Assembly: GCF_009914755.1 (NCBI RefSeq) | Contig: NC_060947.1 | Reading direction: 5' to 3' (one strand) | DNA length: 64,000 nt | Origin: the human T2T-CHM13v2.0 reference genome, Homo sapiens | In this document: positions 1-14,059 of the stretch, one piece after another | How the letters are laid out: every line of letters begins with the position of its first letter | Numbering within the stretch: the stretch's first letter is position 1 | Made by a program: the position numbers and the translations under genes | The notes under the pieces: generated by a model | Seen by the model: only the letters and a program-made list of their open reading frames with translations | Database searches by the model: none | Told to the model about the DNA's origin: nothing

Positions 1-436
1 ATGTTTTTATGCATTGCATGTCTGTACCAAAATATCCTATGTACCCCATATACACCTACTATATACCCATGAAAATTAAAAATAAGAAGTAAAATGAGCT
101 TCTCTCACTTATACTATATTTTAAGTAGATTACAGAAGCTTCCCTGGTAACTTTTTCCAGTATTTAAATAACACCATTGTTGGATGACATAAGCTTAAGA
201 AAATATTCATCACTCCTGGTGAGACAATACATAAATACAAAAATACATAAATATTTTATTGCACAGAAAAAGGGCAAACATAGAGATTTGAAGAAAATCT
301 AGGAGAATGTGTACACTTGATTTATGTGAAGAAAACTTGGTTATTCTATTCTTAGAAATGTTAACTGGCAATGCAAAAATGATTAAAATTTAATTTCCAA
401 GGTTAACTTTATTCATAACACTGCTTTTGGCAATGA

Positions 437-1797
437 AGATCTCATGAGAACTCCCTCACGGTCATGAGAACAGCACTGGAGAAACTGCCCCCATGAGCCA
501 ATCACTCCCACCAGGTCCCTCCCTCAGCATGTGAGGATTACAGTTTGAGATGAGAAATTTGGGTGGGGACACAGAGCCAAACCATATCACTGGGCCCCTG
601 GCCCCTCCAAATCTCATGTGCTTTTCACATTCCAAAACCAATCATGCCTTCCTAACGGTCCACCAAAGTCTTAACTCTTTCCAGCATTTATTCAAAAGTC
701 CAAGCCTGAAGTCTCATCTGAGACAAGGCAAGTCCCTTTCACCTATGAGCCTGTAAAATCAAAAGGAAGCTAGTTACTTTCAAGATACAATGGAGGTACA
801 GGCATTGGGTAAATTTTCCCATCCAAGTGGAAAAAAATTGGCCAAAACAAAGAAGCCGGAGGCCCCATGCAAGTCTAAAACCTGCCCAGGTAGTCAATAA
901 ATATTAAAGCTCCAAATTCTCCTTTGACACCATGTCTCACATCCAGAGCATGCTGATGCAAGGAGTGGGCTTCCATGGCCTTGGACAGCTCCACCACTAT
1001 CGCTCTGCAGGGCACAGCTCCGCAGCTGTTTACATAGGCTGGCGTTGAGTGCCTGCAGCTTTTCTAGGTGCACAGTACAAGCTGGTGATGGATCTACCCT
1101 TATGAGGTCTGGACAATGGTGGCCCTCTTCTCACAGCTCCACTAGGCAGTGCCCCAGTGGGGACTCTGTGCACAGGCTCCAAACACACATTTCCCCTCTG
1201 TATTGCCTCAGTAGAGTTCCTCACGAGGGATTCACCCCTGCAGCAGACTTCTGCCTGGACATGCAGTCATTTCCATATATCCTGGGAAGTTTAGGCAGAG
1301 GCTCCCAAAGCTCAACTCTTGTCTTCTGTGCTCCTGCAGGCCCAACACCATGTGGAAGCCACCAAGGCTTGGGGCTTGCACCATCTGAAGCAACTGCCTG
1401 AGCTGTACCTTGACCCCTTTTAGCCGCAGCTGGAGCTGGATCAGCTGGAATGAGGGGCACCATGCCCTGAGGCTCCACAGAGTAGCATGGCCCTAGGCCC
1501 AGCTCATGAAACCATTTTTCTCTCTTAGGCCTCTGGGCCTGTGAAGGGAGGGGCTGTTGTGAAGATCTCTGACATGCACTGGAGACATTTTCCCCATTGT
1601 CTTGGCTATTAACATGTGGCTCCTTGCTATGTTTGCAAATTTCTGCAGCCAGCTTGAATTTCTCCTCAGAAAATGGGTTTTTCTATTCTATCTCAGCCTG
1701 GACTTCATTATCCATATCACTGTCAGCATTTTGATCAAGGCCATTCAACAAGTCTCTAGGTGGTTCCAAACTTTCCGACATCTTCTTGTCTTCTTCT
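437..1797 (-). mobile_element. MaLR (MST/THE1 family) element: partial LTR (437-589) plus internal sequence (590-~1797)
   Basis: LTR terminus ...GGGGACACAGAGCCAAACCATATCA at 565-589 is followed by typical MST/THE1-int sequence (CAAAAGTCCAAG..TCTCATCTGAGACAAGGCAAGTCCC, ACTAGGCAGTGCCCCAGTGGGGACTCTG). Confidence 0.8.
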
Positions 1798-2446
1798 AAG
1801 CAGAATCCTAAAGTGTGGGTTAGCAGATCAGAGGAGTGATAAAAAGCCTAAACTCCTCATCCCATCCACGAAGAGAGGCTTGGCAGCCTCCTGAGGAAAA
1901 GCTTTGTTCTATCTCATACTATAGCCTCACATTTTTAAAAACAATTTACTTAAACTCATTTCCCAGTAGAAATTGAACAAGGAGTATTTGTTCTGTGCAG
2001 TTGCATAGGAGAAACTTGACCCTGCCAGAGGAAAGGGCTGTCCCAGGAACACTTGGCAAGAGAGGGTGGTGGTTTGTGCTGCTACGGAATCACAGCAGCT
2101 ATTTTCTGCTTCTCTCTACATACCTTTGTGCTCACTAAAGCAGAGAGAGGCCATGAGATATTATACGACCCAGCGACCTCATTACACTGCATTTCATTGA
2201 AAACCTGACTGTGGTCCCACAGTTCTAGTTGAGCATCAGCCCTGACATTGAATTCTGTTTCTGTATCATCTTGGGCAAGGGCTTTATATTTAGGATCACA
2301 GATTCCTCATGGGTACAATAACCATTCCTACCTCACAAAATTGTGAGGATTCCCAAGAATGTTGAAAATCATCTAGTCTGGTAAGGACTCATTAAATCAT
2401 CTACTTCTCTGGTGACAGAGCTGAGACTGGCTTCCTGGTCGCCTTC

Positions 2447-2736
<290 letters not shown>

Positions 2737-3346
2737 CCTGGCCATCTTTATTAACCAGTGCTCACTGTGGCCATGTTCCTTAACCCTGGGCCTCACACAG
2801 AGCATTGAGGCAGCATGCTGCCCAAAGGCATTTCACATTTGTAGTTGGGAGTTGACGCTACTTCCATTCTCACAGTTACTTCCAACAATCTGTTCCTTTG
2901 CTTTCCTAGCCCACTTTTGTTGCTTCTTCCTCACTATACTCCTTTCCAAAGGAGAAGAATGTGCTAGGTGCCGGCATGGTGTAGTGTGGGAAACAAAGAC
3001 AGACGTGGGAACCTCCTAACTCTGCAGACCTCATGGCTCAGTAGCAAAAACTGAATGGTACTATCTGTGGTACCACCTGGTTAGCCTCCCACCACCAGTC
3101 CTGGAACTAGCATTCCCCTTTTCTGGGGAACTGCTCCACACAAACACAGATTCCAGGTATGTGATTCCAGGAGAGCTTTATGTTGCTACATGTCCCACCT
3201 TCCTCACCACAGCTGACTGGCTCTGGGGTCAGATAGTCGTGATCTCTGCCCCTGTGCTTTGTGTTCCTGGCTTAAGGTTAGGTACCCAAGGACCAGCCTG
3301 ATTTTATTCCAGGACATCGAGGCAGAAGGAAAGCATCTTTCCTTGA

Positions 3347-3676
<330 letters not shown>

Positions 3677-3730
3677 AATGAGGGATTTTAAATTTCACTC
3701 TCCAGAAGGAAAAAAAGGAGAAGGATTGAG

Positions 3731-3732
<2 letters not shown>

Positions 3733-3789
<57 letters not shown>

Positions 3790-3792
3790 TGT
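3733..3792. repeat. (TG)n microsatellite
   Basis: Long, nearly perfect TG run. Confidence 0.98.
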
Positions 3793-5190
3793 ATTTGGTG
3801 CAGTAAGCAAAAGGAAGAAAGTGTGATAACCCAGAGCTATCTAAACCTCTCCTTTTTCTCATCTGCCTTCCCACTGAGAGGGTGTGTTCTGGTATGCACT
3901 CCAGTGCCATAAGCCTACAGGACCCTGTGGGTACAGCCTGTGGTTATCCAGTACCTTCTTTGACTAGCTAATTTGATTAGTTAGAAGAGGCTATCTCCTG
4001 TAACAAATGTTTCTAATCTCTTTAGCTTTTAAAGTAAATTTTTATTTTTTGTTTTTATCAAGGTCCAGTGCAAGTTGGTGGTGACAATGATGAGGGGACA
4101 TTCTCCATAAGTTTTCCAAAGTTCCAGGCTCCTTCTCCAAATTGGATATGTCATATTGTAGGGTCTGTTCCTCTTCTTCACTTGAGACATGGATTGCACA
4201 GGGTGTGTCCTATAAACTAGGCCTTATTTGGCCATACATCAGTTATTTTCATATTCCAATAGCCAGAAATCAGTACATGTCCCCATCAAATCACAAGAGT
4301 AGCTTGAAAAATATGGTTACTTGTGGACCAAGATGAAAACAAATAAGCTTTGGTGAAGTTATTCTGCCACAGCGAGTTTCTCTAATTGGAAGATTTGAAA
4401 AGTACTATCAAGTTCATTTTGCTACAGACCTAAGTTTGTTCTTCAGTGAGCTGAGTCTTGTGTCTACTAATTGGTTTCAAATTCAGCAGGGAAGACACGG
4501 GGATTAGTTATTGAGTACCTAAAACTGTGAACATACAGGACTTTTCGAAGTAAATTTTAAAAAAGGAGTCTTTACTCTGGTGTTTAAGCTTTGATCCTGA
4601 AAACATATCTGAAATCACATTCCCTATCATGTGGAGTCATCCCTCCTGCAGACAGAATTAAGCTTCAGGGTGCAGCAGACATGGGTGAGCATTTAAAGGG
4701 AAGTTGACATCTACCTAGAAGACAGATCCACTAAAGTTTTCCAGTGCCAGAGAAATGCCATGCTTTGGGCATTTAGAATAGTTCCTACTCTGCCTGGGAG
4801 CTCTATACCTTTATCTCCAAAGGAGATGAGCACTCCCTAATTGACACCCTCCACCCTCCTGTTCATGGGAGAATCCTACTGGTCATCCAGACTCACAACT
4901 GTGCATTAGGTCCATGCTCATCACCGAGGCTAACCCAGTCCTTGATTCCAATCATGAATGGACAAACGTTTTCCAGATATTTAAGGAAAGTGAGGAAGAT
5001 GCACAAATAGAACTAATTCTGGAGGAGGGAAAAAAGGATATAATACAGGAAACAGAAGAAAACGTTATCAGAACATACTCTCAGAGTTTAAGAAAGACAA
5101 GAAGTTTATGAAATGAGAACAAGCTGTCATAGAGGGGAACAATCAGGGGACAGGCGAAAGTCCTTGGACACTAGAAAAGTTACTACAGAA

Positions 5191-6270
<1,080 letters not shown>

Positions 6271-6468
6271 TGCGTATCTGCAGCACTCTCACCTTTTAGG
6301 AATCAGGGCACATCCCCATGCAGGTTTAAAGTAGGTATTCAGCAGTCTTTCCATTCAGCCCTGCCCCATCTGCATGCAGCTCAGGATCTGCGGGGGTGGA
6401 AGGGAAAGGTATTTTATGGGCCCCTGGAAAATACATTAGTCTTCCCCTTATAAACTTTGAGGGCATGT

Positions 6469-6538
6469 GGGATGGGGTGGGGTGAGGTGGGGTAGGGTGG
6501 GGTGAGATGTGTGGGGTGGGTGGGGTCGGGTGGGGCGT
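6469..6538 (+). repeat. (GGGGT)n G-rich tract, potential G-quadruplex
   Basis: About ten G3-G4 runs with short loops. Confidence 0.75.
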
Positions 6539-6737
6539 GCTGTCTTGGGCCATGGTATCTGTGGGTGTGTATGCATGGTATGGTATAAAACATGGTATGG
6601 AATTCATCCTAGCGGTTGCCTCTGGAGAAGAAGGGAAGGGAATGAGATTGGGCGGGGATAAAAATAATAGTCTTTAACTTGACATGAAAAGTTATCTTTT
6701 TAAAACATGCAATTGCTAAGTATTCTTGCTTCTGGGC

Positions 6738-6911
6738 AGCAAGATGGGGGCTCTGGGGGACAGTATGGCAGAGTACCTCTTTGGCAAGCTCACCCTGAGT
6801 GACACGGATAATGGGACTGAGCCTTAGGCTGCCTTCCCCACAGATATGGGGTGACTTCCTGCATCTTGCCCTTCAACTGTACCATTTCTTCCATTAAACT
6901 GGTTAAAAAAA
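6738..6911 (+). pseudogene. 5'-truncated FTH1-like processed fragment (last codons, 3' UTR, A-tract)
   Basis: From 6741 it translates [25 protein letters not shown] (FTH1: [26 protein letters not shown]), followed by FTH1 3'UTR-like TTCCCCA..GGGGTGACTTCC and TGTACCATTTCTTC. Confidence 0.75.
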
Positions 6912-7049
6912 CAGCTCAAAAGAAGGACTGAAAAACATAAGGTCAAAGCTGAAGGTCAAATTTGTGATATTGAATATAAAGTAGAATAAATATAAAGTAG
7001 AATAAATGCCCCCAAATGTCAAGGCAGTGACTGTCTGCTCTGAAGAATG

Positions 7050-7565
7050 TAGAGGGGTGGCAGAGAGTTGAAGGTGCAGACCAGGCAGAGCCAGTATAGC
7101 CGATCCAGGTAGGAGACTAGTGCAGCTTGAGCTGTGATGGTGGCTGAGGAAATGAAGAGAGGTCGACCAGTTCCAGATGGACTTTCGACAAAGGGAGACA
7201 AACTTTACTCATGGACAGGAGGTGAGGAGTGGGAGAGGGGGAATATAATGTAAGTTCTGAAGTTTGGACCTGAGCACCTGGGTTGATGATGGTGTTATTA
7301 TCTCCCGTGGGGATGGTTGCATGGGTCCCCCGGGGTGGAGGAGCGGGGAATGCATGCCATGTAAAGTCAGATTTTCATTAGACATCCAAGTGGAAATGTG
7401 AATCAAGGAGCTGCAAAAATGTCACGTTTCGAAGTAGACATATGGGGGACATTTTATAGACGGTATTGAAGTCATGTGATTGGATGACCTCACCAGAAAG
7501 AGACTATAAGGGAGAGTATGAGAAATCTAGTCCAAAGTGCGGGGCAGCTAACATTTAGAGGATGG
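7050..7565 (+). mobile_element. Old L2-like fragment
   Basis: Degenerate L2 3' motifs (ATTAGACATCCAAGTGGAAATGT, GTATTGAAGTCATG..GGATGA). Confidence 0.5.
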
Positions 7566-8126
7566 TTGATGTGTTTGAACACCCAGAGAGTTGCTGGTCC
7601 CACCTTGACCTTTATCTGCCCCAAGCTTATTAGCTTATTCCCAATGTCTGCCCCCAAGCTTATCTCAAAATCATCCTCTTCCTGTGAAGCTCAATGTGGC
7701 CTCTGGTTTCTCCTTTCAAGATATAGAGAAAAGTTCGCCTTTTACCTTTTCTTTATGGCTATGGATAGAAAGGTATTATTTCCTAGTCAGAAGAAGATTC
7801 CATATGGAAATGATACACCTGTTTGTCTAAGATTTTTTTCTTGTTCCCCATTAAAAACTCTTCTCCTCTCTCAGTCTACTCTCTATTTGACCAAAGGAAA
7901 CCTCCATCCATGTAAACCATAACATTGTCCATGTCTGTTGAAAAATACTTAAAAACATCTATTTTCTGTGCCACAAAAGAAAGTTACAAAGAAACAAGAA
8001 ACAAAAAAATCTTGTTTCTTTTGTGGGCTACAAAGGTAAAAGTCAAAAATTTACAGAATATATACTTTAGTCAGAGACACTTGGGTAGCTTGCATCATTT
8101 TAAAGCTAGTGGATTGTTTTGGGCAT

Positions 8127-8489
8127 TGTATTAGTCCGTTTTTCATGCTGCTGATAAAGACATACCTAAGACTGGGCAATTTACAAAAGCAAGAGGTTTA
8201 ATGGACTTACAGTTCCACGTGGCTGGGGAAGCCTCACAATCCTGGTGGAAGGTGAAAAGTATGTCTCACATGGCAGCAGACAAGACAAGAGAATGAGAGC
8301 CTAGCAAAACGGGTTTCCCCTTATCAAACTATCAGATCTTGTGAAACTTACTCACTACTGGTAGGACAGTATGGGGGAAACCGCCCCAATGATTCAATTA
8401 TCTCCCACTGGGTCCCTCCCACAAAACGTGGGAATTATGACAGTACAATTCAAGAGGAGATTTGGGTGGGGACACAGTCAAACCATATA
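8127..8489 (-). mobile_element. THE1 solo LTR
   Basis: TGTATTAGTCCGTTTTTCATGCTGCTGATAAAGACATACC...GGGGACACAGTCAAACCATAT; flanks GGCAT/AGCAT resemble a 5-bp TSD. Confidence 0.9.
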
Positions 8490-8859
8490 AGCATTTATTA
8501 AGATACAAACAAGTTTAGCAGTGCAATAATTATCTTACACATTTCCATATGAGTGCACTGTAACACTTTTCTTAAAAATTAGGATTCTGGCACTTTGAGT
8601 TCAGTTTACAGAAAATGCTATTGTCCCTTTACTCATCTTAGTCAAATTTGGTCTTCTCGCTGTAGGTCTTTCTCTGCCTGCTGTAAGGACTTCTGAATTC
8701 TCTGACTTTGTCTCAGCTATTACCTACTGAAATATATATGTCCTTTGACTGTTCTCCTGTGGATATGAGAAAGAAGAGAGCAAGCATTAATTTTTGAGTG
8801 TTTCAAACTTTAAGTTGACTGAGGGGACTTCTTAATTTTCTGTTTTGGAGAGAAAATAT

Positions 8860-9080
8860 GGTGTAGTGTTTTCTTAACCTCAGATTGCCTGGGTTCAAAT
8901 CCCATCTTGGCCACTCATTTTAGGTAAACTTGGGTAAGTTGTTTAACTTTTCTGTGCCTCAGTTTCTCCATATGTAATATAGGGATAATAAAAGCATTAA
9001 CCCCATTGGGTTGTTGAGATTAAATAAGTTAATACATGTAAATCACTTAGAGCAATGCCTGGCACAGTGTATGTTCACTA
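8860..9080 (+). mobile_element. MIR
   Basis: CCTGGGTTCAAATCCCA, CTGTGCCTCAGTTTCTCCAT, TAAATCACTTAGAGCAATGCCTGGCACA. Confidence 0.8.
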
Positions 9081-9119
9081 TGTGGTACTCATGGTTTATC
9101 ACCATTATCATCCTCTACT

Positions 9120-9410
9120 CTTTTAACTTTTATTTAGGTTCAAGAGAACAAGTGCAGGTTTTTATATAGGTAAACTGCTGTCATGGGGGGTTGTTGAATA
9201 GATTATTTCATCATCCAGGTACTAAACCGTGTACCCAATAGTTATTTTTTTGTTCCTCTCCCTCTTCCCACCCTCCACACTCAGGTAGGCCCCAGTGTCT
9301 GTTGTTCCCTTCTTTGAGTCCACGTGTTCTCATCATTTAGCTCCCAATTATAAGTGAGAACATGTGGTATTTGATTTTCTGTCCCTGCATTAGTTTGATA
9401 AAGACAATGG
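9120..9410 (-). mobile_element. Old L1P (L1PA15/16-like) 3' UTR fragment
   Basis: GATTATTTCATCATCCAGGTACTAA..TAGGCCCCAGTGT..CATTTAGCTCCCA.TTATAAGTGAGAACATG. Confidence 0.75.
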
Positions 9411-9754
9411 GTTGGAAGCCATCATCCTCTACCCTTATGTTTCTTTGTGGTCTTTATGCTTTGGGAAAATACTTCACTTCTACACGTTGCCACTGGGGGT
9501 CTCTCTTGCATGTCTAGTAACCAAGTTGCCCTGCATACTGAGAAGGAAAAAACCTTAGAAGCTGTTTGGTTGTCAGGTGTCTCCAGGACTCAGGAGGGTA
9601 CATGGCTGTTTTCCCTACCCCCCACACCTCAGTCCCAAGACAGGAGGAAGGTTGTGCTGTGACAACTTTCTGTGCTATACTCCACACCCCCCACACCCCT
9701 ATTCTATCTCAACCAGCTTTCCCTTGAATTTACTCCTAGAACACTGTGCTTGTG

Positions 9755-10130
9755 ATCCAAATTTAGAGACTAGGGTTTTTAAATGATAATTTGGTGGGTG
9801 GGGGCTAGCGAAGGGGTCATCCTCATTAATTGGGTCAAGGATTAAGTCATGGGGGTTGAGGCTGTCCTCTTGTGCTAAGTCAGTTCCTGGGTCAGATCAC
9901 AAGACCAGTTAAACCAGCTTACCAGTCCAGGTGGAACCAGCTGGTCCAACAGAATGAAGGGTCTTGCACACCAGTCTTAAGTTTTACAATAGTGATGCTA
10001 TCTATAGAAGCAGTTAGGGAGGTTATGAGCCTTGTGACCTCTGACTACATGACTCCTGAGCCATAATTTCTAATCTTGTGGCTAATTTGTTAGTTCTACA
10101 AAGGCTGTTTGGGTCCTCAAAGAAATAAGG
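9755..10130. mobile_element. ERV1 LTR fragment (MER57/MER51-like)
   Basis: GCTGTCCTCTTGTGCTAAGTCAGTTCCTGGGT and CATGACTCCTGAGCCATAATTTCTAATCTTGTGGCTAATTTGTTAGT motifs. Confidence 0.6.
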
Positions 10131-10134
10131 GTTG

Positions 10135-10985
10135 TTTTGGGAGGTTGGAAAGCATGGATTTTGCATGCATGAAGGGCATGAATTTGGGGGCCCCAGGGGC
10201 AGAATGCTATCAACTGAATGTTCATGTACCCTCCAAATCATATGTTGAAGCACTATCTTCCAAGGTGATAGTATTTGAAGATGGGGCTGTAAGGAGAAAA
10301 TCCTGGAATCATATAGAAATACCTTCCCCCAAACTGGGAGTGAGCTAAGAGATCAAGAAATGACTTGGAGAAGTCCAGCTTGGCGAGTAGATGAGATTAT
10401 TAGGATTCACATAGGAGGCACTCCGGGACAACAGCAGGACAGCTGTAGAGATCTGCACCGCTTATTATTTTTAAAGTACTTTTCAGCTAATTTTCTGGCT
10501 CCTTGCTTACTGTGTTTAAGCGATGAGACTTTTTCTTGATAGGTTCTCAGATACTGTCTGGAATGTTTGAGTTCTCAGGGACACCTGCTCTCTGGCTGGG
10601 CAACATGGCCTTGGCTCATGGCCTGGCCTTCAGGGTTTGGGCAGCAGAAATAAACCTTTTAGTAAGCTGATTGGGACCCTTCACACTACAGGGGCCTTCA
10701 AGATATAATTAGGTTTAGATGAGGTGAGGTCATGAGGAAGGAGCCTTTGTCTGATAGTCCTTACAAGAAAAGACACCAGAGAGCATGCTCTTTCTCTCCC
10801 TCTCTCTCTGCCATGCCATTTGAGCACACAGTAAGAAGTTGGTCATCTGCAAATCAGACAGCTGTCACCAGAAACCATGTGATTACCCTGTTCTCATACT
10901 TCCAGCCTCCAGAGCTGTGAGAAATAAGTTTCTATTAAGCAATACACTCTATGGTATTTTGTTGTGGCAGCCTGAGCAGACACTT
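10135..10985 (+). mobile_element. MLT1-type LTR interrupted by a nested LTR
   Basis: CCCTCCAAATCATATGTTGAAG..GTATTTGAAGATGGGGC resumes at 10696 as CTTCAAGATATAATTAGGTTTAGATGAGG..CCAGCCTCCAGAGCTGTGAGAAATAA. Confidence 0.7.
10288..10690. mobile_element. Solo LTR (403 bp, TG...CA), family not assigned
   Basis: Begins TGTAAGG, ends ACTACA, flanked by perfect 5-bp TSD GGGGC (10283-87, 10691-95). Confidence 0.8.
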
Positions 10986-11153
10986 GGGGAGCTGGAAAAT
11001 AATACTGATGTTGCTGTTTAAACGCACTAAGTCATACCCTCATGCAAGTATTGGATCAAACATAACATAACTTTATTGTAATTTCAACATTATTGTATTT
11101 GAAAATATTTAAAGTGAATTGGAATCCTCTCAGTTCCATTGATTTTGCATACA

Positions 11154-11198
<45 letters not shown>

Positions 11199-11204
11199 AG
11201 ACAC
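11154..11204. repeat. (CA)n microsatellite
   Basis: CA run. Confidence 0.95.
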
Positions 11205-11247
11205 AATTTTGTCCATTTTGTTTTATCACAAACTGGTCTGTCTTATA

Positions 11248-11435
11248 CCATGGATTGTTAAACTATAGCCTATAAGCCAAATTCAGCCAACCATGTCTTT
11301 ATAATAAAGTTTTATTGAAACGGAGCCATGCCCATTTATTGATATATTGCCCATTGCTGGGTATTAACTGCAAAGTCAGAGTTAGTAGATGAGACAGAGA
11401 CTATATGACATGCAAAGACTAAAATATTTAGTATC
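11248..11435. mobile_element. MER58-like DNA transposon remnant
   Basis: AATAAAGTTTTATTGAAAC.AGCCATGCCCATT..CAAAGACTAAAATATTTAGTATCT. Confidence 0.65.
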
Positions 11436-12249
11436 TGTAGGAACAGACCCTAAATTTACCTAAAAATATTCACCGGAGATTTTTAACATTTCAATGGTCT
11501 TTCACTGTCCAAAATGCTTATTGTAGCTTTCTCATACATTTTCTACCACCACTACTCTTTGGCAGAAAGCAATTGCCTGAATTATCTAATCTAATATGCT
11601 CATGATTTAATCAATTATCTCAGAAAAGAGATTATGACAGACACTATCCATTACTGATACAAAAGCCATTCTATACTTTCTTCCTTAGTAAGAGAACATT
11701 GAAGTTTTAAGAGTCATGGTGTTGACAGTGTCTTGGGATAAATAATAACTAGTCAAAATGAATCGTGAAAATTGTTTTTCTCTTTCAAGATATTTGCTTT
11801 CCTACTATTTCCTGCTGCTAGAGTTTGCCAGATGAATGAGTTCTCACCAAATACATAAATGGAAATAACATGGATTTCTAATAAAATTTTACTTGCCTGA
11901 TAAATGACAGCACTTTGTGAAAATAATAATTTCACCTCATCCTTGTCATGCTGATTGAATGCTGGTATGGAGATGTGATCTTTGTGCAGAAACAGCCACT
12001 TGGTATCCATGAGGACAAGGCCAAGGGAGTTGCAGAACCCAGTGTAGAGCCCTGTCATAATTGAGTCAGAAGTATAAACTCTGACATTTAATATGCCCCA
12101 GGGTTCCTGATAAATAACAGCAGTTAGCCTTGCTACTTAAGCTACTTTGTAGATATTCTATTTGTTATGATTCATCTGATATAAAAAGACTGTAAGGAGA
12201 AGGCATTTTTCTGCTCAAAGGGTACACACATGTTGTAAGTTGAAAAAGT

Positions 12250-12443
12250 TCTGAAGAACCAATGTACAGCATGATGACTATAGTTAATAATAATGTATTC
12301 TATCCTAGAGTTAGGAGAGTATATATTAAGTGTTCTCACCACTAAAAAGCAACTATGTGAGGTAATGGATATGCTAATTGGGTTGATTTTGGTAATCATT
12401 TACAAGGTATACACATATCAACACATCACATTATATACCTTGA

Positions 12444-12478
<35 letters not shown>

Positions 12479-12510
12479 TTGTCATGTATACTGCAATAAA
12501 GTTTCACAAA
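12250..12510 (+). mobile_element. L1MA-type 3' end fragment
   Basis: TGACTATAGTTAATAATAATGTATT..GTGAGGTAATGGATATGCTAATT..CAATAAAG. Confidence 0.7.
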
Positions 12511-13489
12511 AGAAAAAATTAAATGCATCTTTCTCCTTGCTTTTACATAGCAAGTATTTGTCAAGCGCATGTTACGTTAGGTACCATTTCAGGTGCTTTC
12601 CAGACATTGCCTGTGTCCTTCTCACAACAACCCTGTGAGACATGGATCTCCCCTATTTTACATCGAGAAAATGGTTTCAGAGTAGTGTCACTATCTGAAA
12701 CCTTATAGTTAGTAGGTGATAGAGTCAGAATCACCTGGCTTCAGAAAGAGGTAATGTCTTTGCATCATTTCTGTTCTGCTGTCATCTCAATTCCTTGTTC
12801 CACATGCCATAGGAGACTTTATTTAAGCAACAGACCTGTGGAATTGGTCTCTTCGTATCTTTTTAATAAATAAATGGCAGGTTTGTGCGTTTTGTGTGTG
12901 TGTGTGTGTCTGTGTGTGTGTACATGACCCTTCCAGGTGTTCAGACTCAGAGTCCGTGTTCTCTCTGTTGCATCCAGCCCTTAATGATCAATTTCACTCT
13001 CCATGTTCACTAAACACACAATTCCATAAACCTTGTCTGCATCTCTAACTGGCTGCTATCTCATGCTGTAATTCATAGCCAGTATTCTAGAAAAGGTTAC
13101 CTGTTCTTGTTGACTTCCCAGGAGTAATGAATTTCTTTAAGTGTTGGGAGAAGTAATATATCCACAATGTTCAGAAATAAAACATATAAAAGGGTATATT
13201 ATGAAGGCTTCTCCCTGTCCCTGTTTTTTGAGGGGGAGGTTTCTGTATATCCTTATATACATTTATTTTACGGAGTTATCAGCATACATGGATATATACC
13301 CTCCCCCCTCACCCAGACAGTTGCTTAATTCACAGCACCCCGCACCTTGTACCACTGGGCACACCTAGCTTTTTGGTTTGGTGAGTTAAATAACACCCAG
13401 CTGTGATGGGCGCTTCAGGTTACCCTCAAGCAGGAAGTGAAAGCTATGGCTGTGCTGTATACTGCCAAGCTGAAAATGGAAAGTTCTTT

Positions 13490-13800
13490 CTTTTGTTTGT
13501 TTGTTTGTTTTTGTTTACTTTTGTGTTTTTTATTTGTTTGTTTTTGCAGGCGGGGCAGGTGGTGACAGAGTTTCACTCTTATCACCCAGGCTGGAGTGCA
13601 GTGGCAGGATCCCCGCTCACTGCAACCTCTGCATCAACTGATTCTCTTGCCTCTGCCTCCCGAGTAGCTGGAATTACTGGCGACCACCACCACATCTGGC
13701 TAATTTTCTTTGTATTTTTAGTAGAGATGGGGTTTTGCCATGTTGGCCAGGCTGGTCTACAACTCCTGACCTTGTGATCCGCCCACGTTGGCCTCCCAAA
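13490..13800 (-). mobile_element. Alu (AluS-type) with decayed (TTTG)n tail
   Basis: Reverse Alu core 13560-13800. Confidence 0.85.
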
Positions 13801-14059
13801 GGAAAGTGTGTTCTAATATGCACAAAGAGCCCATCTGTGAAAACTAGGGGATTGTTTCTTGTTTTGTTTTGTTTTGTTGAGGAGGGGTGGTTCTAGATAA
13901 GAACTCTTTCAATTCACAAGCTGACCACTACAATAACAGGAATGAGATGTCGGTGGCCACACATGACAAAGAATACAGATGTTACAAAATGAGTTCAACA
14001 AAGTCACTAAACCAGCAAACAACAACTGGAACAAATAACAAAAACAAGCGTTGGAGTCT

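Noticed and set aside
4914-5111. Short acidic ORF nearly identical in both duplication copies (MLITEANP...)
   Set aside because: Identity reflects the duplication; copy 2 frameshifts in the A-run; no homology recognised.
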